From positions 136,364 to 200,363 of the IMG/VR virus record IMGVR_UViG_3300048672_000970: a stretch of DNA of 64,000 nucleotides, one strand, 5' to 3'. Each line of letters starts with the position of its first letter. The first letter of the stretch is position 1. Made by a program: the position numbers and the translations under genes. The stretch comes from a virus. Lineage: Duplodnaviria > Caudoviricetes. The notes beneath the pieces are model-generated. The model was not told where the DNA came from. It saw nothing but the letters and a program-made list of their open reading frames with translations, and made no database searches. Shown in pieces: positions 64,000-64,000 of the stretch.

Positions 64000-64000
64000 A

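Noticed and set aside
1-64000. tRNA/rRNA genes, integrase, transposase or reverse transcriptase
   Set aside because: None recognised by eye; a tRNAscan-SE or Infernal run would be needed to exclude small RNAs in the intergenic gaps.

Overview
This window is a 64-kb segment of a large lytic T4-like (jumbo) myophage genome, almost all on the + strand. No integrase, CRISPR array or tRNA gene was recognised. Order of modules: gp41-like helicase plus a truncated paralog and dUTPase; small accessory genes (C1A cysteine peptidase, signal-peptide HNH protein, RNA ligase); a roughly 29-kb late/virion block bracketed by two inverted ~1-kb non-coding repeat arrays (17.2-18.3 kb and 46.2-47.1 kb); the gp32/UvsX/UvsY/UvsW recombination module; a GH108 endolysin; a double-AAA+ ATPase with a DUF2201/VWA partner; and a class Ia ribonucleotide reductase whose alpha subunit is split into two genes. 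The virion block holds two giant baseplate/tail proteins, an 11-member tandem paralog array with an embedded M16 peptidase, an intein-containing large terminase and LamG fibre genes. About 15 TAAATA boxes mark T4-type late promoters, three of them inside hairpins that trap the translation start. The strongest candidate for a new system is the paralog array at 31.5-41.0 kb. Most members carry an N-terminal M-K-L-x-x-L/I-F/L-E-S tag resembling a capsid-targeting/prohead-protease signal, a hypervariable middle and a shared helical C-terminal module. Two untagged members sit behind host sigma70-type promoters instead. All family assignments come from motif recognition by eye; no database search was run.
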